DNA of 46,578 bases from Macrostomum lignano. Lineage: Eukaryota. Positions 8,670-20,516 of this stretch are shown piece by piece; position 1 is the first letter of the stretch; every line of letters starts with the position of its first letter. The position numbers and the translations under genes are program-made. The stretch is from NCBI GenBank assembly GCA_002269645.1, contig NIVC01001352.1, positions 1 through 46,578 on the forward strand, given 5' to 3'. The notes beneath the pieces were generated by a model. That model did not search any database, was not told where the DNA came from, and saw only the letters and a program-made list of their open reading frames with translations.

Positions 8670-8999
8670 TGTAGCGGTTTCTGATACTCCCAATTGGGGT
8701 TCTTATACTCTAAGAAATGATTAAGTCTTTAAGCGATTTCAATATTTAGAACGAACTAAATTTGCTTATCGAAAACCGAAAGGCAGCAAACGGTTGCTTC
8801 CTCAAGTCTGCTCAGCGTGTCTATTTATACCCAAAATTCGTTATAGTTTAAACAAAATAATAATTGCAGAAATATTTTTGCAAACCACAACATTCAAACA
8901 AATATTTCGCGCAGATTTGAATAAAGGTTTTTCTAAGAAAGGCAAACATAAAACGAGTAAAATTTAAAAGTATTAGAGCTATTATTAATGCCTGTCTCA
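8670..8999 (-). repeat. 5' LTR (minimal extent; may extend to ~8287), with TATA box
   Basis: TG...CA ends on the minus strand (8999 to 8670). TATAAATA on the minus strand at 8822-8829. Near-identical to 408-735. Confidence 0.88.
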
Positions 9000-9924
9000 A
9001 TAATAACTTATAGACCATTGTATTTGATAGTCACAATCTCAATATATTATCTTACAAATAGGCCTATAATGTCTAAGATAGAATTCCAAATAAGAAGCAC
9101 ATTCAGTTCAAGTTACAAGGGGTTTCTAATTGTATAGGTGAACCAAAGGTTTAGTCTATTGTGGAATGCGGGATGCTTGTTGGTTCAGTTTTAGTGAGTC
9201 AATTTAGCAGTTTTGGCATTTGGGTTAAGACCCTAATTGTGTCAATCAAAGGTTGTTCTACAAAAATAGAAGGCAAAAAGGAGGGAAAAGGGAGGCAAGC
9301 TTCTTGCTTGGTTGACATGGGCTTTTTTAATACTTTTTGGTCTTGATCACATTGGATGGTATATAGCTACTTTTCATTGGTTTGGGTTGTGTCCTCAGCT
9401 TTTGCTAGTTGGAGCACATTCATTGGTTAAAATACATTCATTCTATATAAGAACTTTTTAGAGCCAAAATGTGTCACTTCATATTATTAGATATTTTATC
9501 TATTTTTTAGATCTTTTATTTACTATTATACTATATCTATAATAATTCTAAGCCTAAGAAGGTTGGGCAAAATCTAGATTATTAGCTATATATGGCTTAA
9601 GAAACCTTTAAATAAAATTTAGGGTATTTAGTTACTTTTTGTAATAGTAATATGGTTTACTTTATATCTTAGTCTTATTTTATGTGTTCTTTGCTCTTTT
9701 TTTCTAAAAATATTTGTTATTTTTTCTTTCTTTATTCTTTTATTTACTTATCTTTGTTTATTAATAGAAAACCACTTTTATAACAATAATAATAATAATA
9801 ATAACAACAAAAATATGAAGTCATTATTAGAGTAGGACATATTAGATAGGCCCTAGTACATTGCAGAGCCTAAAAGTTAAAATCAATGTTAGGTGCCCAT
9901 GCCCTAGTATTGCATACTAGGTAG

Positions 9925-12900
9925 CAGTGGCATAGTCAGGGGGAGGCCCCCCATTGCCTGGGGGGTTGGGTTGGGTGTGGTGGGTACCAAAAACCATGAG
10001 GCAATTGAGTGCTTGCAGCGCCAAAATGAGTGCCTGCAGCACCAAAATGAGTGCCTGCAGCACCAAAATGAGTGCCTGCAGCACCAAAATGAGTGCCTGC
10101 AGCACCAAAATGAGTGCCTGCAGCACCAAAATGAGTGCCTGCAGTGCCAAAATGAGTGCCTGCAGCGCCAAAATGAGTGCCTGCAGCACCAAAATGAGTG
10201 CCTGCAGCATCAAAATGAGTGCCTCCAGCACCAAAATGAGTGCCTCCAGCACCAAAATGAGTGCCTGTAGTGCCAAAATGAGTGCCTGCAGTGCCAAAAT
10301 GAGTGCCTGCAGCACCAAAATGAGTGCCTGCAGCACCAAAATGAGTGCCTGCAGCACCAAAATGAGTGCCTGCAACGCCAAAATGAGTGCCTGCAGCACC
10401 AAAATGAGTGCCTGCAGTGCCAAAATGAGTGCCTGCAGCGCCAAAATGAGTGCCTGCAGCACCAAAATGAGTGCCTCCAGCACCAAAATGAGTGCCTGCA
10501 GTGCCAAAATGAGTGCCTGCAGTGCCAAAATGAGTGCCTGCAGCACCAAAATGAGTGCCTGTAGTGCCAAAATGAGTGCCTGCAGCACCAAAATGAGTGC
10601 CTGCGGTGCCAAAATGAGTGCCTGCAGCACCAAAATGAGTGCCTGCGGTGCCAAAATGAGTGCCTGTAGTGCCAAAATGAGTGCCTGCAGCACCAAAATG
10701 AGTGCCTGCGGTGCCAAAATGAGTGCCTGCAGCACCAAAATGAGTGCTTCCAGCACCAAAATGAGTGCCTCCAGCACCAAAATGAGTGCCTGTAGTGCCA
10801 AAATGAGTGCCTGCAGTGCCAAAATGAGTGCCTGCAGCACCAAAATGAGTGCTTCCAGCACCAAAATGAGTGCCTCCAGCACCAAAATGAGTGCCTGTAG
10901 TGCCAAAATGAGTGCCTGCAGTGCCAAAATGAGTGCCTGCAGCACCAAAATGAGTGCCTGCAGCACCAAAATGAGTGCCTCCAGCACCAAAATGAGTGCC
11001 TGCAGTGCCAAAATGAGTGCCTGCAGTGCCAAAATGAGTGCCTGCAGCACCAAAATGAGTGCCTGTAGTGCCAAAATGAGTGCCTGCAGCACCAAAATGA
11101 GTGCCTGCGGTGCCAAAATGAGTGCCTGCAGCACCAAAATGAGTGCCTGCAGCACCAAAATGAGTGCCTGCAGTGCCAAAATGAGTGCCTGCAGCGCCAA
11201 AATGAGTGCCTGCAGCACCAAAATGAGTGCCTCCAGCACCAAAATGAGTGCCTGCAGCACCAAAATGAGTGCCTCCAGCACCAAAATGAGTGCCTCCAGC
11301 ACCAAAATGAGTGCCTGCAGTGCCAAAATGAGTGCCTGCAGTGCCAAAATGAGTGCCTGCAGCGCCAAAATGAGTGCCTGCGGTGCCAAAATGAGTGCCT
11401 GTAGTGCCAAAATGAGTGCCTGCAGCACCAAAATGAGTGCCTGCGGTGCCAAAATGAGTGCCTGCAGCACCAAAATGAGTGCCTGCAGCACCAAAATGAG
11501 TGCTTCCAGCACCAAAATGAGTGCCTCCAGCACCAAAATGAGTGCCTGCAGTGCCAAAATGAGTGCCTGCAGCGCCAAAATGAGTGCCTGCAGCACCAAA
11601 ATGAGTGCCTCCAGCACCAAAATGAGTGCCTGCAGTGCCAAAATGAGTGCCTGCAGCACCAAAATGAGTGCCTGCAGCACCAAAATGAGTGCCTGTAGTG
11701 CCAAAATGAGTGCCTGCAGCACCAAAATGAGTGCCTGCGGTGCCAAAATGAGTGCCTGCAGCACCAAAATGAGTGCCTGCGGTGCCAAAATGAGTGCCTG
11801 TAGTGCCAAAATGAGTGCCTGCAGCACCAAAATGAGTGCCTGCGGTGCCAAAATGAGTGCCTGCAGCACCAAAATGAGTGCTTCCAGCACCAAAATGAGT
11901 GCCTCCAGCACCAAAATGAGTGCCTGTAGTGCCAAAATGAGTGCCTGCAGTGCCAAAATGAGTGCCTGCAGCACCAAAATGAGTGCTTCCAGCACCAAAA
12001 TGAGTGCCTCCAGCACCAAAATGAGTGCCTGTAGTGCCAAAATGAGTGCCTGCAGTGCCAAAATGAGTGCCTGCAGCACCAAAATGAGTGCCTGCAGCAC
12101 CAAAATGAGTGCCTCCAGCACCAAAATGAGTGCCTGCAGTGCCAAAATGAGTGCCTGCGGTGCCAAAATGAGTGCCTGCAGCACCAAAATGAGTGCCTGT
12201 AGTGCCAAAATGAGTGCCTGCAGCACCAAAATGAGTGCCTGCGGTGCCAAAATGAGTGCCTGCAGCACCAAAATGAGTGCCTGCAGCACCAAAATGAGTG
12301 CCTGCAGTGCCAAAATGAGTGCCTGCAGCGCCAAAATGAGTGCCTGCAGCACCAAAATGAGTGCCTCCAGCACCAAAATGAGTGCCTGCAGCACCAAAAT
12401 GAGTGCCTCCAGCACCAAAATGAGTGCCTCCAGCACCAAAATGAGTGCCTGCAGTGCCAAAATGAGTGCCTGCAGTGCCAAAATGAGTGCCTGCAGCACC
12501 AAAATGAGTGCCTGCGGTGCCAAAATGAGTGCCTGTAGTGCCAAAATGAGTGCCTGCAGCACCAAAATGAGTGCCTGCGGTGCCAAAATGAGTGCCTGCA
12601 GCACCAAAATGAGTGCCTGCAGCACCAAAATGAGTGCTTCCAGCACCAAAATGAGTGCCTCCAGCACCAAAATGAGTGCCTGCAGTGCCAAAATGAGTGC
12701 CTCCAGCACCAAAATGAGTGCCTGTAGTGCCAAAATGAGTGCCTGCAGTGCCAAAATGAGTGCCTGCAGCACCAAAATGAGTGCCTCCAGCACCAAAATG
12801 AGTGCCTGTAGTGCCAAAATGAGTGCCTGCAGCGCCAAAATGAGTGCCTGCAGCACCAAAATGAGTGCCTCCAGCACCAAAATGAGTGCCTGCAGCACCA

Positions 12901-15900
12901 AAATGAGTGCCTCCAGCACCAAAATGAGTGCCTCCAGCACCAAAATGAGTGCCTGCAGTGCCAAAATGAGTGCCTGCAGTGCCAAAATGAGTGCCTGCAG
13001 CACCAAAATGAGTGCCTGTGGTGCCAAAATGAGTGCCTGTAGTGCCAAAATGAGTGCCTGCAGCACCAAAATGAGTGCCTGCGGTGCCAAAATGAGTGCC
13101 TGCAGCACCAAAATGAGTGCCTGCAGCACCAAAATGAGTGCTTCCAGCACCAAAATGAGTGCCTCCAGCACCAAAATGAGTGCCTGCAGTGCCAAAATGA
13201 GTGCCTCCAGCACCAAAATGAGTGCCTGTAGTGCCAAAATGAGTGCCTGCAGCACCAAAATGAGTGCCTGCGGTGCCAAAATGAGTGCCTGCAGCACCAA
13301 AATGAGTGCCTGCAGCACCAAAATGAGTGCCTGCAGTGCCAAAATGAGTGCCTGCAGCGCCAAAATGAGTGCCTGCAGCACCAAAATGAGTGCCTCCAGC
13401 ACCAAAATGAGTGCCTGCAGCACCAAAATGAGTGCCTCCAGCACCAAAATGAGTGCCTCCAGCACCAAAATGAGTGCCTGCAGTGCCAAAATGAGTGCCT
13501 GCAGTGCCAAAATGAGTGCCTGCAGCACCAAAATGAGTGCCTGCGGTGCCAAAATGAGTGCCTGTAGTGCCAAAATGAGTGCCTGCAGCACCAAAATGAG
13601 TGCCTGCGGTGCCAAAATGAGTGCCTGCAGCACCAAAATGAGTGCCTGCGGTGCCAAAATGAGTGCCTGTAGTGCCAAAATGAGTGCCTGCAGCACCAAA
13701 ATGAGTGCCTGCGGTGCCAAAATGAGTGCCTGCAGCACCAAAATGAGTGCTTCCAGCACCAAAATGAGTGCCTCCAGCACCAAAATGAGTGCCTGTAGTG
13801 CCAAAATGAGTGCCTGCAGTGCCAAAATGAGTGCCTGCAGCACCAAAATGAGTGCTTCCAGCGCCAAAATGAGTGCCTCCAGCACCAAAATGAGTGCCTG
13901 TAGTGCCAAAATGAGTGCCTGCAGTGCCAAAATGAGTGCCTGCAGCACCAAAATGAGTGCCTGCAGCACCAAAATGAGTGCCTCCAGCACCAAAATGAGT
14001 GCCTGCAGTGCCAAAATGAGTGCCTGCAGTGCCAAAATGAGTGCCTGCAGCACCAAAATGAGTGCCTGTAGTGCCAAAATGAGTGCCTGCAGCACCAAAA
14101 TGAGTGCCTGCGGTGCCAAAATGAGTGCCTGCAGCACCAAAATGAGTGCCTGCAGCACCAAAATGAGTGCCTGCAGTGCCAAAATGAGTGCCTGCAGCGC
14201 CAAAATGAGTGCCTGCAGCACCAAAATGAGTGCCTGCAGCACCAAAATGAGTGCCTGCAGCACCAAAATGAGTGCCTGCAGCACCAAAATGAGTGCCTCC
14301 AGCACCAAAATGAGTGCCTGTAGTACCAAAATGAGTGCCTGCAGCACCAAAATGAGTGCTTCCAGCACCAAAATGAGTGCCTCCAGCACCAAAATGAGTG
14401 CCTGTAGTGCCAAAATGAGTGCCTGCAGCACCAAAATGAGTGCCTGCAGCACCAAAATGAGTGCTTCCAGCACCAAAATGAGTGCCTCCAGCACCAAAAT
14501 GAGTGCCTGTAGTGCCAAAATGAGTGCCTGCAGTGCCAAAATGAGTGCCTGCAGCACCAAAATGAGTGCCTCCAGCACCAAAATGAGTGCCTGTAGTGCC
14601 AAAATGAGTGCCTGCAGCGCCAAAATGAGTGCCTGCAGCACCAAAATGAGTGCCTCCAGCACCAAAATGAGTGCCTGCAGCACCAAAATGAGTGCCTCCA
14701 GCACCAAAATGAGTGCCTCCAGCACCAAAATGAGTGCCTGCAGTGCCAAAATGAGTGCCTGCAGTGCCAAAATGAGTGCCTGCAGCACCAAAATGAGTGC
14801 CTGCGGTGCCAAAATGAGTGCTTGTAGTGCCAAAATGAGTGCCTGCAGCACCAAAATGAGTGCCTGCGGTGCCAAAATGAGTGCCTGCAGCACCAAAATG
14901 AGTGCCTGCAGCACCAAAATGAGTGCTTCCAGCACCAAAATGAGTGCCTCCAGCACCAAAATGAGTGCCTGCAGTGCCAAAATGAGTGCCTCCAGCACCA
15001 AAATGAGTGCCTGTAGTGCCAAAATGAGTGCCTGCAGCACCAAAATGAGTGCCTGCGGTGCCAAAATGAGTGCCTGCAGCACCAAAATGAGTGCCTGCAG
15101 CACCAAAATGAGTGCCTCCAGCACCAAAATGAGTGCCTGCAGCACCAAAATGAGTGCCTCCAGCACCAAAATGAGTGCCTCCAGCACCAAAATGAGTGCC
15201 TGCAGTGCCAAAATGAGTGCCTGCAGTGCCAAAATGAGTGCCTGCAGCGCCAAAATGAGTGCCTGCAGCACCAAAATGAGTGCCTCCAGCACCAAAATGA
15301 GTGCCTGCAGCACCAAAATGAGTGCCTCCAGCACCAAAATGAGTGCCTCCAGCACCAAAATGAGTGCCTGCAGTGCCAAAATGAGTGCCTGCAGTGCCAA
15401 AATGAGTGCCTGCAGCACCAAAATGAGTGCCTGCGGTGCCAAAATGAGTGCCTGTAGTGCCAAAATGAGTGCCTGCAGCACCAAAATGAGTGCCTGCGGT
15501 GCCAAAATGAGTGCCTGCAGCACCAAAATGAGTGCCTGCGGTGCCAAAATGAGTGCCTGTAGTGCCAAAATGAGTGCCTGCAGCACCAAAATGAGTGCCT
15601 GCGGTGCCAAAATGAGTGCCTGCAGCACCAAAATGAGTGCTTCCAGCACCAAAATGAGTGCCTCCAGCACCAAAATGAGTGCCTGTAGTGCCAAAATGAG
15701 TGCCTGCAGTGCCAAAATGAGTGCCTGCAGCACCAAAATGAGTGCTTCCAGCGCCAAAATGAGTGCCTCCAGCACCAAAATGAGTGCCTGTAGTGCCAAA
15801 ATGAGTGCCTGCAGTGCCAAAATGAGTGCCTGCAGCACCAAAATGAGTGCCTGCAGCACCAAAATGAGTGCCTCCAGCACCAAAATGAGTGCCTGCAGTG

Positions 15901-18900
15901 CCAAAATGAGTGCCTGCAGTGCCAAAATGAGTGCCTGCAGCACCAAAATGAGTGCCTGTAGTGCCAAAATGAGTGCCTGCAGCACCAAAATGAGTGCCTG
16001 CGGTGCCAAAATGAGTGCCTGCAGCACCAAAATGAGTGCCTGCAGCACCAAAATGAGTGCCTGCAGTGCCAAAATGAGTGCCTGCAGCGCCAAAATGAGT
16101 GCCTGCAGCACCAAAATGAGTGCCTCCAGCACCAAAATGAGTGCCTGCAGCACCAAAATGAGTGCCTCCAGCACCAAAATGAGTGCCTCCAGCACCAAAA
16201 TGAGTGCCTGCAGTGCCAAAATGAGTGCCTGCAGTGCCAAAATGAGTGCCTGCAGCACCAAAATGAGTGCCTGCGGTGCCAAAATGAGTGCCTGTAGTGC
16301 CAAAATGAGTGCCTGCAGCACCAAAATGAGTGCCTGCGGTGCCAAAATGAGTGCCTGCAGCACCAAAATGAGTGCCTGCAGCACCAAAATGAGTGCTTCC
16401 AGCACCAAAATGAGTGCCTCCAGCACCAAAATGAGTGCCTGCAGTGCCAAAATGAGTGCCTGCAGTGCCAAAATGAGTGCCTGCAGCACCAAAATGAGTG
16501 CCTGCAGCACCAAAATGAGTGCCTGCAGCACCAAAATGAGTGCCTCCAGCACCAAAATGAGTGCCTGTAGTACCAAAATGAGTGCCTGCAGCACCAAAAT
16601 GAGTGCTTCCAGCACCAAAATGAGTGCCTCCAGCACCAAAATGAGTGCCTGTAGTGCCAAAATGAGTGCCTGCAGCACCAAAATGAGTGCCTGCAGCACC
16701 AAAATGAGTGCCTCCAGCACCAAAATGAGTGCCTCCAGCACCAAAATGAGTGCCTGTAGTGCCAAAATGAGTGCCTGCAGTGCCAAAATGAGTGCCTGCA
16801 GCACCAAAATGAGTGCCTCCAGCACCAAAATGAGTGCCTGTAGTGCCAAAATGAGTGCCTGCAGCGCCAAAATGAGTGCCTGCAGCACCAAAATGAGTGC
16901 CTCCAGCACCAAAATGAGTGCCTGCAGCACCAAAATGAGTGCCTCCAGCACCAAAATGAGTGCCTCCAGCACCAAAATGAGTGCCTGCAGTGCCAAAATG
17001 AGTGCCTGCAGTGCCAAAATGAGTGCCTGCAGCACCAAAATGAGTGCCTGCGGTGCCAAAATGAGTGCCTGTAGTGCCAAAATGAGTGCCTGCAGCACCA
17101 AAATGAGTGCCTGCGGTGCCAAAATGAGTGCCTGCAGCACCAAAATGAGTGCCTGCAGCACCAAAATGAGTGCTTCGAGCACCAAAATGAGTGCCTCCAG
17201 CACCAAAATGAGTGCCTGCAGTGCCAAAATGAGTGCCTCCAGCACCAAAATGAGTGCCTGTAGTGCCAAAATGAGTGCCTGCAGCACCAAAATGAGTGCC
17301 TGCGGTGCCAAAATGAGTGCCTGCAGCACCAAAATGAGTGCCTGCAGCACCAAAATGAGTGCCTGCAGTGCCAAAATGAGTGCCTGCAGCGCCAAAATGA
17401 GTGCCTGCAGCACCAAAATGAGTGCCTCCAGCACCAAAATGAGTGCCTGCAGCACCAAAATGAGTGCCTCCAGCACCAAAATGAGTGCCTCCAGCACCAA
17501 AATGAGTGCCTGCAGTGCCAAAATGAGTGCCTGCAGTGCCAAAATGAGTGCCTGCAGCACCAAAATGAGTGCCTGCGGTGCCAAAATGAGTGCCTGTAGT
17601 GCCAAAATGAGTGCCTGCAGCACCAAAATGAGTGCCTGCGGTGCCAAAATGAGTGCCTGCAGCACCAAAATGAGTGCCTGCAGCACCAAAATGAGTGCTT
17701 CCAGCACCAAAATGAGTGCCTCCAGCACCAAAATGAGTGCCTGCAGTGCCAAAATGAGTGCCTGCAGTGCCAAAATGAGTGCCTGCAGCACCAAAATGAG
17801 TGCCTGCAGCACCAAAATGAGTGCCTGCAGCACCAAAATGAGTGCCTCCAGCACCAAAATGAGTGCCTGTAGTACCAAAATGAGTGCCTGCAGCACCAAA
17901 ATGAGTGCTTCCAGCACCAAAATGAGTGCCTCCAGCACCAAAATGAGTGCCTGTAGTGCCAAAATGAGTGCCTGCAGCACCAAAATGAGTGCCTGCAGCA
18001 CCAAAATGAGTGCCTGCAGCACCAAAATGAGTGCTTCCAGCACCAAAATGAGTGCCTCCAGCACCAAAATGAGTGCCTGCAGTGCCAAAATGAGTGCCTG
18101 CAGCGCCAAAATGAGTGCCTGCAGCACCAAAATGAGTGCCTGTAGTGCCAAAATGAGTGCCTGCAGCGCCAAAATGAGTGCCTGCAGCACCAAAATGAGT
18201 GCCTCCAGCACCAAAATGAGTGCCTGCAGCACCAAAATGAGTGCCTCCAGCACCAAAATGAGTGCCTCCAGCACCAAAATGAGTGCCTGCAGTGCCAAAA
18301 TGAGTGCCTGCAGTGCCAAAATGAGTGCCTGCAGCACCAAAATGAGTGCCTGCGGTGCCAAAATGAGTGCCTGTAGTGCCAAAATGAGTGCCTGCAGCAC
18401 CAAAATGAGTGCCTGCGGTGCCAAAATGAGTGCCTGCAGCACCAAAATGAGTGCCTGCAGCACCAAAATGAGTGCTTCCAGCACCAAAATGAGTGCCTCC
18501 AGCACCAAAATGAGTGCCTGCAGTGCCAAAATGAGTGCCTGCAGTGCCAAAATGAGTGCCTGCAGCACCAAAATGAGTGCCTGCAGCACCAAAATGAGTG
18601 CCTGCAGCACCAAAATGAGTGCCTCCAGCACCAAAATGAGTGCCTGTAGTACCAAAATGAGTGCCTGCAGCACCAAAATGAGTGCTTCCAGCACCAAAAT
18701 GAGTGCCTCCAGCACCAAAATGAGTGCCTGTAGTGCCAAAATGAGTGCCTGCAGCACCAAAATGAGTGCCTGCAGCACCAAAATGAGTGCTTCCAGCACC
18801 AAAATGAGTGCCTCCAGCACCAAAATGAGTGCCTGTAGTGCCAAAATGAGTGCCTGCAGTGCCAAAATGAGTGCCTGCAGCACCAAAATGAGTGCCTGCA

Positions 18901-19214
18901 GCACCAAAATGAGTGCCTGCAGCACCAAAATGAGTGCCTCCAGCACCAAAATGAGTGCCTGTAGTACCAAAATGAGTGCCTGCAGCACCAAAATGAGTGC
19001 TTCCAGCACCAAAATGAGTGCCTCCAGCACCAAAATGAGTGCCTGTAGTGCCAAAATGAGTGCCTGCAGCACCAAAATGAGTGCTTCCAGCACCAAAATG
19101 AGTGCCTCCAGCACCAAAATGAGTGCCTGCAGCACCAAAAGTGGCAATGGCATAAGGCATGGCCAGCTAGGCCAACCTGCCTCCTCCCAATTGAAATTCC
19201 TGGCTACGCCATTG
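9925..19214. mobile_element. Non-autonomous hAT-type DNA transposon (MITE-like) carrying a giant internal tandem array
   Basis: Left TIR CAGTGGCATAGTCAGG (9925-9940). Right TIR reverse complement CAATGGCGTAGCCAGG (19199-19214), 13/16 match. Perfect 8-bp TSD CTAGGTAG at 9917-9924 and 19215-19222; 8-bp TSDs are typical of hAT. No transposase sequence. Confidence 0.85.
10005..19139. repeat. 21-bp tandem array (consensus ATGAGTGCCTGCAGCACCAAA), 435 units
   Basis: 9135 bp = 435 x 21. The unbroken ORFs show there are no frameshifting indels. A small set of recurring variants is confined to about 8 positions of the unit. Confidence 0.98.
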
Positions 19215-19479
19215 CTAGGTAGTCAATGTATTGATGGGTTTGGGCCTAACCTTGACCCCATTTAAATAGGCATTATAATTATAAGGTGAGCAAGAGGGTA
19301 TCTTGAATAGGTTAGGGACATAAGCCCTTGGCCTAGATCATGTGACTTACCAGTTGAAGTTGCCACTGGCATAGGATAGGCCTAATAGATAGGTGCTGCA
19401 GCTTGGCCTAATCATATAAGGTCTCTTTTCCTAAAGCATTATTATAGATAGAGCATTAGCAAAGTGATTGACTTTAGCT

Positions 19480-20516
19480 TCCCTAATACTAAAACTGACG
19501 CGATGTTTGTCTGTGTGTGTGTGTGTTGCAAGTGAACTCCTACAATACTTGCAAGTCAGCGTCGAAACTTATATGGGAAAATTGCAAATTTTCCGTATCA
19601 GGCTTTAGACTATTTTAATTTTTAATTTTCACATTTTAACATCCCTAAAAAAGCAGAAAACTGCTTTTTTAACCCCCAATAACCTTCTTTGGCCACTCTG
19701 CCTGGGGCTGCAGCCAGTTTGTAAAAATAGCCACCCCAACCTCCGCCCGCGGGCCGCTGTGTATTGAGGGGTGGTGGGTGCGATCCCTAATACTAAAACT
19801 GACGCGATGTTTGTCTGTGTGTGTGTGTGTTGCAAGTGAACTCCTACAATACTTGCAAGTCAGCGTCGAAACTTATATGGGAAAATTGCAAATTTTCCGT
19901 ATCAGGCTTTAGACTATTTTAATTTTTAATTTTCACATTTTAACATCCCTAAAAAAGCAGAAAACTGCTTTTTTAACCCCCAATAACCTTCTTTGGCCAC
20001 TCTGCCTGGGGCTGCAGCCAGTTTGTAAAAATAGCCACCCCAACCTCCGCCCGCGGGCCGCTGTGTATTGAGGGGTGGTGGGTGCGATCCCTAATACTAA
20101 AACTGACGCGATGTTTGTCTGTGTGTGTGTGTGTTGTAAGTGAACTCCTACAATTCTGCCAAGTCAGCGTCGAAGCTTATATGGGAAAACTGCAAATTTT
20201 CCGGATCAGGCTTCCCTAATACTAAAACTGACGCGATGTTTGTCTGTGTGTGTGTGTGTTGTAAGTGAACTCCTACAATTCTGCCAAGTCAGCGTCGAAA
20301 CTTATATGGGAAAACTGCAAATTTTCCGGATCAGGCTTTAGGCTATTTTAATTTTTAATTTTCACATTTTAACATCGCTAAAAAAGCAGAAAACTGCTTT
20401 TTTAACCCCCAATAACCTTCTTTGGCCACTCTGCCTGGGGCTGCAGCCAGTTTTTAAAAATAGCCACCCCAACCTCCGCCCGCGGGCCGCTGTGTATTGA
20501 GGGGTGGTGGGTGCGC
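19480..20516 (+). mobile_element. Head-to-tail array of a Helitron/Helentron-like non-autonomous 5' segment
   Basis: Four copies starting TCCCTAATACTAAAAC at 19480, 19784, 20088 and 20213. Periods are 304, 304 and 125 (truncated), then a longer copy. Each has a (GT)n tract near the 5' end and a GGAAAA..GCA..TTTTCC hairpin. No canonical hairpin+CTRR 3' end was identified. Confidence 0.5.

Larger units (their letters stand above)
406..8999 (-). mobile_element. Ty3/Gypsy (Metaviridae) LTR retrotransposon, near intact, with an extra third ORF
   Basis: Terminal direct repeats at 408-735 and 8672-8999. PBS at 8264-8281 and PPT at 736-747. gag has a CCHC knuckle; pol domain order is PR-RT-RNaseH-IN (Gypsy order). 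No TSD found: left flank CGATT versus right flank ATAAT. Confidence 0.95.

Noticed and set aside
10005-19139. CRISPR-like reading of the constant 13 bp plus variable 8 bp pattern
   Set aside because: The variable parts are a handful of recurring point variants of one sequence, not unique spacers. The context is eukaryotic with no cas genes.
9917-19265. Three ~3,000-aa ORFs (MSACSTK, GTHFGAA and ALILVLQ repeats) as genuine protein-coding genes
   Set aside because: They follow from a 21-bp unit with no stop in several frames; a fourth frame (WCCRHSF) is also nearly open. There are no flanking coding exons, and the array lies within a TIR/TSD-bounded non-autonomous transposon.
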